Assembly: GCA_003222035.1 (NCBI GenBank)
Contig: QHUS01000052.1
Coordinates: forward strand, 6,003-70,002
Length of the DNA: 64,000 bases
Reading direction: 5' to 3'
Source: Gemmatimonadota bacterium
GTDB lineage: Bacteria > Gemmatimonadota > Gemmatimonadetes > Gemmatimonadales > GWC2-71-9
Under the pieces are notes generated by a model. The model did not search any database. It saw only the letters and a list, made by a program, of their open reading frames with translations, and was not told the DNA's origin. Below are positions 35,078 to 43,452 of this stretch, one piece after another; within the stretch, counting starts at the first letter, position 1, and each line of letters starts with the position of its first letter. The position numbers and the translations under genes are program-made.

Positions 35078-35582
35078 CGGCCCCCACCGAGCGAACCTCG
35101 ACCCGGCCGTCCCCCACATAGAACCGCACGGAGCGGCCGGACCCACCCCCCACCGCCTCCCGCATCACGGGGATTCCGATGCGACGCAGGACGTCGCGCG
35201 CGGCGACGATGTTCCGTTCGCCCATCTGCATGGAGCCCGGGGTCATGAGCTGGGCGAACATGCTCGCTCCGCCCGCGAGCTTGGCGATCAGGCGCCGCGG
35301 TTCGGCGCCGAGCCGCGTGAGCTCGTGCACCAGCAGCGGGACGGCCGTCTCGGGAAACTTCGCGGGGTTGGTCGCATCGCGTGCGAGGCTGCGCGACGGG
35401 AGCAGGACATGCGCCATCGCCCCGGCCCCCGCCTGCGGATCGTGCAGCATGATCGCGACGCAGGACCCGAGCCCCAGCGTCACGAGCACCGCGCTCCCGC
35501 GTTCGGCGGCCCACTCGGCCACCTTGACGATCCGCTCGGCGGGGGGGAGCGGGGAGGGGGCCGCCCCGTCGCCCGCCCTCAC
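35061..35582 (-). CDS. cheD: chemoreceptor glutamine deamidase CheD
   Basis: [60 protein letters not shown]. The start GTG 35580-35582 overlaps the cheR stop (GTGA). Confidence 0.88.
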   Translation of the reverse strand: MRAGDGAAPSPLPPAERIVKVAEWAAERGSAVLVTLGLGSCVAIMLHDPQAGAGAMAHVLLPSRSLARDATNPAKFPETAVPLLVHELTRLGAEPRRLIAKLAGGASMFAQLMTPGSMQMGERNIVAARDVLRRIGIPVMREAVGGGSGRSVRFYVGDGRVEVRSVGADVTVL

Positions 35583-36403
35583 GCGGGCGTCGCCTTCTGG
35601 TAGATCCGCTCGCGCGGCTCCTCCAGCCGGAACCGGTCCCGCGCGGGGCCGAACAACGTCTCCACCTTGCCGAGGAGCAGCAACCCTCCGGGCGCGAGGG
35701 TATCGGCGAACAGCGTGAACAGCCGTTCCTGCATCGGCCGGTCGAAGTAGATCACGACGTTGCGACACACGATCAGGTCGTAGGGCGCCGCGGGCGCCGG
35801 CTCGCTGGTGAGGTCGTGCTTGAGGACGCGCACGATCCGCTGCAGCTCCGGCACGGGGCGGCGCGGCGGCTCCGGGGTGAAGTAGCGGTGGACCAGCTCG
35901 GCCGGCATCTCGGTGAACGCCGCCTCGGGATACGCGGGTGCCCGGGTGCGCTCGAGACTCGCGCGGTCGATGTCGGTGGCATCGACCCGAGCCCGTCCCA
36001 GCAGCGCGGGCTGGCCCAGCCGGCGCGCCGTCTCGGCGAGCGCCACCGCCATCGTGTATGGCTCCTCCCCCGAGGCGCAGCCGGCGGACCAGGCGCGAAC
36101 CTCCCCGCGGCGCGCTTTCCAGAGTCCCTCGATCCACGGCGCCAGCGCGCGCCACGTTTCCACGTTGCGGAAGAACTTGGTGACGTTGATGGTGAGCGCG
36201 TCGAGCAGCAAATCGTACTCGAGCGCGTCCTCCTCCAGCAGCCGGCCGTAGTCGGCGAACGTGTGAACGCCGCGGGCCCGCATCCGCACCGAGATGCGAC
36301 GCCGCAGGCAGCGGTCCTTGTAGGAGTCGCAGGCGAGGCCCCGCGCCTGCGTGATCTTGCGCGTGAGCGCCCGGAACGCCAGTTCGTCCTGCTCCGACTT
36401 CAC
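35579..36403 (-). CDS. cheR: chemotaxis protein methyltransferase CheR
   Basis: LTINVTKFFRNVETW..VRAWSAGCASGEEPYTMA..IVCRNVVIYFD. The start GTG 36401-36403 overlaps the upstream stop (GTGA). Confidence 0.9.
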   Translation of the reverse strand: MKSEQDELAFRALTRKITQARGLACDSYKDRCLRRRISVRMRARGVHTFADYGRLLEEDALEYDLLLDALTINVTKFFRNVETWRALAPWIEGLWKARRGEVRAWSAGCASGEEPYTMAVALAETARRLGQPALLGRARVDATDIDRASLERTRAPAYPEAAFTEMPAELVHRYFTPEPPRRPVPELQRIVRVLKHDLTSEPAPAAPYDLIVCRNVVIYFDRPMQERLFTLFADTLAPGGLLLLGKVETLFGPARDRFRLEEPRERIYQKATPA

Positions 36404-38016
36404 GACAGCGCGCTCAGGGTGTCCAGATTGGCCTTGACGAGCTCGTGCTTCGGATTGATCTCGAGCGCCTTGCGCCACAGCTGCGCCGCGAGCTCACGGT
36501 TGTTCCGCTTGTACGCAATGTTCCCGAGCTTGAAGTAGACGTCGTCGCCCAGCTCGGGCGCCAGCTCGACCGCCCGACTGTACGCGTCCCAGGCCTCGTC
36601 GTAGCGCGACCCGCGATAGGCCAGGTCGCCGAGATTCTTGGACAGCTGGGGGAGCGACGGCTCGTTCTTGCGCGCCGCCCGCACCAGGTCCTCCGCGCCT
36701 GTCAGATCGCCGGACAGCTCCTTCAGCACGGCGAAGTTGTTCTGCAGCGCGGCGTGCGAGGGATAGGCCTCCACTCCGTCCTCGGCCAGCTCCTCGGCCT
36801 GCTCGAATTCGCCGGCGCCCGCCGCCGCGAGGGAGCGCGCCCAGAACCAGGCGGGCGGGGGCGCTTGTCCGAACAGCTCGCGTGCCCGGTCGAGCCGCCC
36901 GGCGGCGCCGCCGTAGTCACCGCGCTTGAGCGCGACCACGCCCCAGCCGAGATACACTTTGGCATCGGTCCGCGCCCGGGCAGCGGCTTCGGCGTAGGCG
37001 GCCTCCGCCTCGTCCAGCCGCCCCAGCTGCTCGTATGCGAACCCCAGGTTGTGGAACACCGCGGGCCGCCCGCCGCCCTTCTCCGCGGCGAGGCGTAGCG
37101 CCTCCATGGCCTCGCGCCACCGGGCCTGCTTCAACGCCACCAACCCGATGTAGAAGTGGGCACTCGCGTCGCTGCCGCGCAGCTCCGCCACGCGCCGGAA
37201 CTCCCGCGTGGCTTCGTCGAGCATGCCCGTCTTGTAAAACGCCACGCCCAGGTTACGGTGCTCTTCGACGCGCGCGTCGGTAATCTCCGCATCCGCCCCC
37301 GTGGTCGTGCGCCCGGCGCGGTGCACGAACCCCGCCGTGATCAAGCCGTACAGCGCCTTCCCGATCTCGAACTCGCCCAACCCCGAGTCTTCGATCACCT
37401 GGTTCACGTCGCGCGACGCGTCGAGCAGCGGCAGGAGGCGTTGTTGCGCATCCGTGAGTTGGCTTTCGCTGATCGCGATCCGGTCCTTGTCTACGACGAA
37501 GATCAGGTCGAATGACGGGATCTTTTTTTCGATCAGGCTCCATTCGTCCACCCGGCGGGCGCCCTCGAGCAGCAGCGATTCCGGGTTGATCGAGACGAGG
37601 AAATCCTGTGGCCCCGGGCGGACGTCGGCCTCGAAGTTGAAGGTCCCCTGCGTCCACGTGAACAGGTAATAAACCGACTCCTCGATCTGCACGCGCATGT
37701 AGCGCTCGAGATCTCCCTGCGTGATCACCCCCATCGCGACCAGGACCTCGCCCAGCCTCTTGCCGTGCTCCTTGGTCTGCCGGTGCACGGCCACGTCGAG
37801 CTGCTCCTGGGTGATCTTGCTGTGCTTCACGAGGATGTCGCCCAAGCGGTCGCGTCGGTTCACGATCGACGCGTAGCAGATGCGCCCCTTCTCGAAGTAG
37901 ATGTAGCCGAAGTTCGAGCGGTCGGCGATGGACAGGCATCCCGTCTTCTGCCCGAGCGCCAGGAGCTGGAGCACGTCGGGGAGGGACGCTTCCTTGAGCG
38001 AGCCCTTGATGGCCAT
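36400..38016 (-). CDS. PATAN(DUF4388)-like domain protein with MshEN-like helical insert and C-terminal TPR repeats (paralog 1)
   Basis: [49 protein letters not shown] (DUF4388/PATAN signature), tandem RLGxxLV..G.I....L......Q motifs, and at least 6 TPR-like repeats. The start ATG 38014-38016 overlaps the upstream stop by 1 nt. Confidence 0.8.
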   Translation of the reverse strand: MAIKGSLKEASLPDVLQLLALGQKTGCLSIADRSNFGYIYFEKGRICYASIVNRRDRLGDILVKHSKITQEQLDVAVHRQTKEHGKRLGEVLVAMGVITQGDLERYMRVQIEESVYYLFTWTQGTFNFEADVRPGPQDFLVSINPESLLLEGARRVDEWSLIEKKIPSFDLIFVVDKDRIAISESQLTDAQQRLLPLLDASRDVNQVIEDSGLGEFEIGKALYGLITAGFVHRAGRTTTGADAEITDARVEEHRNLGVAFYKTGMLDEATREFRRVAELRGSDASAHFYIGLVALKQARWREAMEALRLAAEKGGGRPAVFHNLGFAYEQLGRLDEAEAAYAEAAARARTDAKVYLGWGVVALKRGDYGGAAGRLDRARELFGQAPPPAWFWARSLAAAGAGEFEQAEELAEDGVEAYPSHAALQNNFAVLKELSGDLTGAEDLVRAARKNEPSLPQLSKNLGDLAYRGSRYDEAWDAYSRAVELAPELGDDVYFKLGNIAYKRNNRELAAQLWRKALEINPKHELVKANLDTLSALS

Positions 38017-39980
38017 CAGCGAAACTCCTCGATCATGCGGTCCGCCACGTCGATCCAGTCCCAGACCATCTTCTCGCGACTCTTGACGCCTCCGAGGCTC
38101 GAGACCACGAGACCGCTGGTGCGAAACCCGCTGGAGCGTCGGCTGTCGCGCGGCGCCTGGCCTTCGAGCACTTCGCGCGCGAGGCCCGCCGAGACAGGCC
38201 GCCCATCCTGGGCGGCCCCCGCCTCGATCACGCGCTGGATCAGGCCCACGAGGCCGCGCACCGAGTCGGCGGGCCGGTCGGCGAGGTAGTCGATCAGCGC
38301 CGGTTCCGGGGTCACGCCCTGCTGCGCCAGCAAACGCTCGAGCACGGCGCGCCTCACGTCGCGGTCGGGCTCCTTGATCTCCGCCACCAGTCCGCCCTCG
38401 AGGCGCGACACGATGCGCTCCTCGATCCCGACCAGCGTATTGGGATGCGCCGGCGCCGTGAACACGAGCTGGCGATCCTTGTCCTGGAGCAGGTTGAACA
38501 GGTTGAACAGCTCTTCCTGTGTCCGTTCCTTGCCGGTCAGCAGATGGATGTCGTCGAGCAACAACGCCGTGGCTCGGCGGTAGCGGGCGCGCCACCAGTC
38601 CACGCGGTTGCCGTCGATCGCGCCGATCAGCTCGTCGATGAACGCCTGGGTGGAGAGGCACGCCACGACGGCGCGGCGGCCGCGCGCCAACTCGAGCCCG
38701 ACCGCGTTGAGCAGGTGCGTCTTGCCGAGCCCGCTCTTCCCGACGAGGACGAGCGGGTTGTACTTCTTCCCCGGCCGCTCGAGCACGGCCCGGGCCGCGC
38801 TGACCGCGACCTGGTTCGACGGGCCCACGGCGTACGCGGCGAGCGGAAACGCCGCTGACGGCCCGGGGGGCGGCGCGGCCCCATCCCGGACCTTCGTAGC
38901 GGCCTGCTCCGCCTCCTGCAGCCGCTCGGGGTCTCGGAACACGCTGTCGCCGGCGGCCTGGGGGTCGAGCTCCCCCACCTCCGCCTCGAGCGCTTTGAGG
39001 CGCTCGACGTCCTCCGCGAACCCCGCGATGGCCTCGTCCACCGCAGTTGGCGCGTCCTGCTGCAGGAGCGCCTCGAGCCGATGCGTGCGGTATCCCTCGC
39101 CTTCCCACCGCAGCACGGCTTCGCCCACCCGAGCGCGCCACGCTTCGACGGCTTTTCCGACGGTGACGGTCACGTCGGCGAGGAATTGTCCGAACTCGTC
39201 CCCGCCGGCCGCGGCGGCCGGGACGGGCCCGGCCTTCTCCGCCGCCCCCTTTGCCCGCTGCGCGTCGAGCCCCAGGATCCGTTTGACCGTCTCCGCGTTG
39301 ATCGAGGTATCGTGGACGGCCTGGAACGCCACGAGCCGGTTCAACGCGCCCATCAACTCGCGCACGTTGCCGAGCTCGGCTTGCGCCACGGTCTCGAGTA
39401 CGCCGGGGTCGAACCGCGCGCCCCGCTCTTCGGCCTTCCGCCGCAGAATCGCCACGCGGGTTTCGTACTCGGGCGTCGCGATGTCCACCACCAGCCCGCC
39501 CGACAGCCGGGAGATCAGCCGCTCGTCGAGATCGGCGATCTCGGCGGGCGGGCGATCGCTCGTCAGGACGATCTGGCGCCCCGCGGCCTGTAACGCCTCG
39601 GTGAGCCGCAGCAGCTCCGACTGCATCTCCTTGCGGTTCGTCAGGAATTGCACGTCGTCCACGAGGAGCACGTCCACGTTCTGGAAGCGGCGACGGAACG
39701 CGTCACCCTGTCCCGCCGCCACGCTCGCGTGGAACGCTTCGACGTACTCGTCGAGCGTCAGGTACTCGATGTTCAGCGCGGGTGCCGCCTTCTTGGCGGC
39801 GTGGCCGATCGCCATGAGGAGATGCGTCTTGCCCAGACCCGGGCCGCTATAGACGAACAGCGGGTTGTATGCCGCGCCCGGGCTCTCGGCCACGGTGCGG
39901 CCCGCCGTGACGGCCAGCCGGTTCGCGGCGCCCACGACGAACGTGTCGAAGGAGTACTTCGGGTTGAGCGCGCTCGTCAT
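38016..39980 (-). CDS. tandem DnaA-type AAA+ ATPase (two DnaA domain-III-like modules; no DnaA domain I/II or DNA-binding domain IV)
   Basis: Module 1: [78 protein letters not shown]. Module 2: [66 protein letters not shown]. The start ATG overlaps the mglA stop (ATGA). Confidence 0.8.
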   Translation of the reverse strand: MTSALNPKYSFDTFVVGAANRLAVTAGRTVAESPGAAYNPLFVYSGPGLGKTHLLMAIGHAAKKAAPALNIEYLTLDEYVEAFHASVAAGQGDAFRRRFQNVDVLLVDDVQFLTNRKEMQSELLRLTEALQAAGRQIVLTSDRPPAEIADLDERLISRLSGGLVVDIATPEYETRVAILRRKAEERGARFDPGVLETVAQAELGNVRELMGALNRLVAFQAVHDTSINAETVKRILGLDAQRAKGAAEKAGPVPAAAAGGDEFGQFLADVTVTVGKAVEAWRARVGEAVLRWEGEGYRTHRLEALLQQDAPTAVDEAIAGFAEDVERLKALEAEVGELDPQAAGDSVFRDPERLQEAEQAATKVRDGAAPPPGPSAAFPLAAYAVGPSNQVAVSAARAVLERPGKKYNPLVLVGKSGLGKTHLLNAVGLELARGRRAVVACLSTQAFIDELIGAIDGNRVDWWRARYRRATALLLDDIHLLTGKERTQEELFNLFNLLQDKDRQLVFTAPAHPNTLVGIEERIVSRLEGGLVAEIKEPDRDVRRAVLERLLAQQGVTPEPALIDYLADRPADSVRGLVGLIQRVIEAGAAQDGRPVSAGLAREVLEGQAPRDSRRSSGFRTSGLVVSSLGGVKSREKMVWDWIDVADRMIEEFR

Positions 39981-40576
39981 GCCGTGGTCCCGGCGGCGAG
40001 CCTTTTGAGCACCAGCTCGGAGATGCCCTTGAGTGTCTCGAACACGCCCTTCCCGTGCAGCGCGTCAGCGCTGAAGCTCGGGACTCCCCGGAAATTGAGC
40101 GCGTCGTCCAGATCGGACGCCGAGAGGATCAGCTCGCGCGGCAGGTCCTGCTTGTTGTACTGCAGGACCAGCGGAACGGTGCGGATGTCCACGCCGTGCT
40201 CCAGCAAATTGCTCTGCAGGTTCTGCAGGCTCTCGAGGTTCTCATCGAGCTGGCGCGCCTGACTGTCGGCGACGAACACGACGCCGTCGGCCCCCTGGAG
40301 CACCAGCCGGCGCGTGGCGTTGTAGTAGACCTGGCCGGGGACCGTGTAGAGCTGAAACCGCGTCGCGAATCCCGAGATCTGCCCCAGGTCGATCGGCAGA
40401 AAGTCGAAGAACAGGGTGCGGTCGGTCTGCGTGGCCAGGGAGACCATGCGTCCCCGACGCGAGTCCGGGACGCGGCCATAGATGTAGTGCAGGTTCGTCG
40501 TCTTGCCAGACCGCCCCGGCCCGTAGTAGACGATTTTGCACGTGATCTCGCGCGTCGTGAAGTTGACCAGAGACAC
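39977..40576 (-). CDS. mglA: Ras-like small GTPase MglA
   Basis: [77 protein letters not shown] is collinear with, and highly similar to, Myxococcus MglA as I recall it. Confidence 0.92.
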   Translation of the reverse strand: MSLVNFTTREITCKIVYYGPGRSGKTTNLHYIYGRVPDSRRGRMVSLATQTDRTLFFDFLPIDLGQISGFATRFQLYTVPGQVYYNATRRLVLQGADGVVFVADSQARQLDENLESLQNLQSNLLEHGVDIRTVPLVLQYNKQDLPRELILSASDLDDALNFRGVPSFSADALHGKGVFETLKGISELVLKRLAAGTTA

Positions 40577-40580
40577 GGGG

Positions 40581-41051
40581 CTATCTCCCGAAGAGCGTGT
40601 TGAGACTGGCGCTCAGCTCGCGCTCGAAGTCGGCCGCGAGCACCTGCTTCGGCACGCTGTCTTTGGGGCTCGCCGCCTGCAGATCGGCGGCGAGCTGCTC
40701 AAAGAATAATTGCACCAGGCCGAGCGACGAAACCTCGAGATCGTACACGACCAGCGCCACCAACCGGCCGCGGCCCGTCGCGACTGCCGCCAGGAAGATC
40801 CCGTGCCGCTCACCCTGATGGTTCAACGCGGCGAACGGCGGTTGACCCATCTGCCGCGCGATCTCGTCGGTGGATGCGACGATCGCCGCCCCGAGCGCCG
40901 CCGCTGACATCACGTCCACGGCGCGCGAGAATCCGTGCTGCGCCAGCACCTGGCCCGCCGACGTCATGACCAGCACGAGCCGCGCGCTCGCTTCCTTCAC
41001 GAACTTGACCAGCGGCTCGAGGGTCCAGTTTTCGACGGCGCGCGTCGTCAT
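40581..41051 (-). CDS. mglB: Roadblock/LC7 protein, MglB-like (putative MglA GAP)
   Basis: 156 aa, immediately upstream of mglA (4-nt gap). [52 protein letters not shown] parallels the MglB roadblock fold. Confidence 0.8.
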   Translation of the reverse strand: MTTRAVENWTLEPLVKFVKEASARLVLVMTSAGQVLAQHGFSRAVDVMSAAALGAAIVASTDEIARQMGQPPFAALNHQGERHGIFLAAVATGRGRLVALVVYDLEVSSLGLVQLFFEQLAADLQAASPKDSVPKQVLAADFERELSASLNTLFGR

Positions 41052-41407
41052 CCGACCACCTCCCCCGCCCGCAGCAGCTCCAGCCGCACGAGGCCGACGT
41101 TCACGTCCGGCTCCGCGACCGCCACGACGAGGGTCCCGCCGGCGGTCGGAACCACCAGCAACGCGCCCTGCTCGGCCTGCAGGTGCCAGAACAGGCTCGC
41201 GCCGACGCCCGCGGCTTCCATCGCGCGGCGCAACCGCGTGGCGAGGCTCGCCGCGAGCGCCGCGACCGCGGGTCCCTTGATCCCCTCCATGAGCTGCTCC
41301 GCCACGATGATCCCGTCGTCGGCGGAGACGAGCATCGCTCCCCGCACGCCGCGCACGCGCGTGACGAGGTCGAGCGCCCGCGTATAATTCGCCGGCGCGG
41401 TCGTCAT
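41048..41407 (-). CDS. Roadblock/LC7 domain protein (second)
   Basis: 119 aa. VRGVRGAMLVSADDGIIVAEQL..AVAALAASLATRL..ALLVVPTAGGTLVVAVAEPDVNVGLVRLELLR. It overlaps both neighbours with ATGA junctions. Confidence 0.75.
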   Translation of the reverse strand: MTTAPANYTRALDLVTRVRGVRGAMLVSADDGIIVAEQLMEGIKGPAVAALAASLATRLRRAMEAAGVGASLFWHLQAEQGALLVVPTAGGTLVVAVAEPDVNVGLVRLELLRAGEVVG

Positions 41408-42288
41408 GCGTGCTTCTCCAGCCAGCGGCGCGCCGCCACGGCCGCGCGCTGGGCGATGATCGCCAACCGTCCCATCGGGACGGCGCGGTCGCGCACGACG
41501 AGCAGCAGCGCGTCGCCCGTGGGCGCGGTCAGATGGACATGTCCGCCGTTGCCCTCCGCCGCAACACCGGTCCACCGTCCCAGAGCCAGCAGCTTGGCCG
41601 TCCGCGCCGCCTCCTGGGAGACGCCGGCGAGGTACGCGGCGACGGCGTCGGTCACGTCCTTGCCCCCGGGGTCCTTGAGCGCTCCGCCGAGCACCCGCCC
41701 CGCCGCGTCGAGCAACAGAAGCCCCTCCTGTGCTCCCTCGAGCCCGGCGAATACGCGGGCCTCCTCGAGAGGCTGGGCCGCCCCGGGGGGTCGGGGGGGG
41801 GGTGGAGGCGCGCGCTCGGTGGGAGCGTCGGAGGCCGGCAGCGCGACGGGCTCCCCCTCGCCCTCGGGGGCGGTGGGGCTAGGGGGGGATTCGCCGCCGC
41901 GCGCCATCGCGAGGGCTTGCGCGATACTCGCATCGGCCGGCGCCACGCGCTGCGCCGCCTCCAGGTGTGCGGCCGCCTGTGCCAGGTCGCCCACCTTGAA
42001 ATAGAGGAAGGCGAGCCCCTTGAGCGCGCCGACGTGGTCAGGAGCGATGCGCAGCGCCATGTCCCACTCGTCGAAGGCGCGCTCGTAGTCGTGCTTGTCT
42101 GCGAGGATGCGCGCGAACAGGTCGTGCGCGTCGGGGAGGTGGGGGTGACGGTCCAGGCCCGTCACGGCCACCCGCTGCGCGGCGTCGAGCTGGCCCTTCA
42201 TGCGCAGCAGCTCCCCCAGGCGCAGGAACACGAGGCTGTCCGGATCCTGCGCCAACTGCGAGGAGAGGGTCTTGATCTCTTCAGCCAT
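41404..42288 (-). CDS. TPR - Pro-rich linker - Roadblock/LC7 fusion protein
   Basis: N-terminal TPRs (SLVFLRLGELLRMKGQLDAA.., DAHDLFARILADKHDYERA.., ALKGLAFLYFKVGDLAQA), a PPPPPRPPG linker, and a C-terminal roadblock-like GLLLLDAAGRVLGGAL..DAVAAYLAGVSQEAART..ALLLVVRDRAVPMGRLAI. Confidence 0.7.
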   Translation of the reverse strand: MAEEIKTLSSQLAQDPDSLVFLRLGELLRMKGQLDAAQRVAVTGLDRHPHLPDAHDLFARILADKHDYERAFDEWDMALRIAPDHVGALKGLAFLYFKVGDLAQAAAHLEAAQRVAPADASIAQALAMARGGESPPSPTAPEGEGEPVALPASDAPTERAPPPPPRPPGAAQPLEEARVFAGLEGAQEGLLLLDAAGRVLGGALKDPGGKDVTDAVAAYLAGVSQEAARTAKLLALGRWTGVAAEGNGGHVHLTAPTGDALLLVVRDRAVPMGRLAIIAQRAAVAARRWLEKHA

Positions 42289-43438
42289 GCGTCGAGTTCC
42301 CCGTGCCCGCCAAGGTCTGGGCGGCGGCCTTGGCGCGGTGCACGGCGTCGCTCTGCGCCAGCTCCGCTTCCGAGTGCGCGGCCAGGCGCTCCCACTGGTC
42401 CCACTGCTCCACGGCCTCGCCGAACCGCCCGGTGGCGGCGAGGGCGTAACCGAGGATGCGGTGCGCGGCGACGCTCAAGGGGTCGAGCCGAAGCGCCCCG
42501 CGCAACTCTTCCACGGCGTCGGCAGCGCGTCCCCCGGCGAGCGCGATGCGGCCCAGCAGCAGGTGCACGTCGGGATCATGGGGATGCACGCCCGCCGCCT
42601 GCTCGGCCAGGCTACGCGCTTCCTCCAGGTCGCGCCGCCGCAGCGCGTCTTCCGCGCGCGCCACGAGCGCCGCCAGATCGGCGGCGAGCGTGGTGTGCTC
42701 GCGCTTGGTCGTACCGGGGTCGGAGAGCACGATCACCCCGGCGCTCTCGAGCCCGAACAGGGTCTTGGCGACGTCGAACTCCGAGCGTCCCAGGTCGGAG
42801 GCGATGGCCCGCACGTCCCGCGCGCCGTTGATCATCGCGAGCATCTCCCACTCGGGCGGTAGCAGGTCGAGCCCGCCCTCGACGCCTCCCTGGGGCGGGG
42901 CGAGCGTGGGCACGACGCCCAGGTGGGGAATGCGGCCCTCGATACGGGACCACTCGTCGATGCGCCGCGCGCCTTCCATCAGCAGCGCCTCCGTGGGAAT
43001 GCGCACGGTGGCGTCCGCCGGCACCTCGTCGGGCAGGCCCTCGGTGAACGAGAAGTAGCCTTCGCGCCAGCTCATGACCTCGAAGACGACCTCTTCGATC
43101 TGGAATCGCACCTGGCGCTCGAGCTCGCGGCGCGTGAGGGCGCCGATCGCGACGAGGATCTCGCCCAGGCGGCGTTTGTCGCCCTGGCGCAGCTGCATGT
43201 CGCGCGCGCGGTGGATGTCGGCCTCGCCGATCTTGCCGGTCCGCAGCAGCAGCGCGCCGATCGGATGGGGGTTCGAGCGAATCTCCGCGGCAATGATGGC
43301 GCCGCCCTCGAACGAGATCATGCCCGCGTTGTTGCGGAGCTCGGAGGTGACACGCAGCGCCCCGGTCTTCCGGCTCAGGTCGAGCAGCTGGAAGACATCG
43401 TGGATACCGAGCTCGCGGAGCGGGCCTTCGATCGGCAT
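42281..43438 (-). CDS. PATAN(DUF4388)-like domain protein with MshEN-like insert and TPR repeats (paralog 2)
   Basis: MPIEGPLRELGIHDVFQLLDLSRKTGALRVTSELRNNAGMISFEGGAIIAA, then RLGEILVAIGALTRRELERQVRFQ, and C-terminal TPRs. The architecture matches 36400..38016. Confidence 0.8.
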   Translation of the reverse strand: MPIEGPLRELGIHDVFQLLDLSRKTGALRVTSELRNNAGMISFEGGAIIAAEIRSNPHPIGALLLRTGKIGEADIHRARDMQLRQGDKRRLGEILVAIGALTRRELERQVRFQIEEVVFEVMSWREGYFSFTEGLPDEVPADATVRIPTEALLMEGARRIDEWSRIEGRIPHLGVVPTLAPPQGGVEGGLDLLPPEWEMLAMINGARDVRAIASDLGRSEFDVAKTLFGLESAGVIVLSDPGTTKREHTTLAADLAALVARAEDALRRRDLEEARSLAEQAAGVHPHDPDVHLLLGRIALAGGRAADAVEELRGALRLDPLSVAAHRILGYALAATGRFGEAVEQWDQWERLAAHSEAELAQSDAVHRAKAAAQTLAGTGNSTHG

Positions 43439-43452
43439 GGGGGGGGGCTGGC

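Noticed and set aside
38016-39980. Annotating the DnaA-like ORF as the chromosomal replication initiator dnaA, with a nearby oriC.
   Set aside because: It lacks domains I/II and the DNA-binding domain IV and has the AAA+ module duplicated. It is embedded by overlapping codons in a che/mgl operon. There is no dnaN, recF or gyrB, no DnaA-box cluster, and no AT-rich unwinding element nearby.
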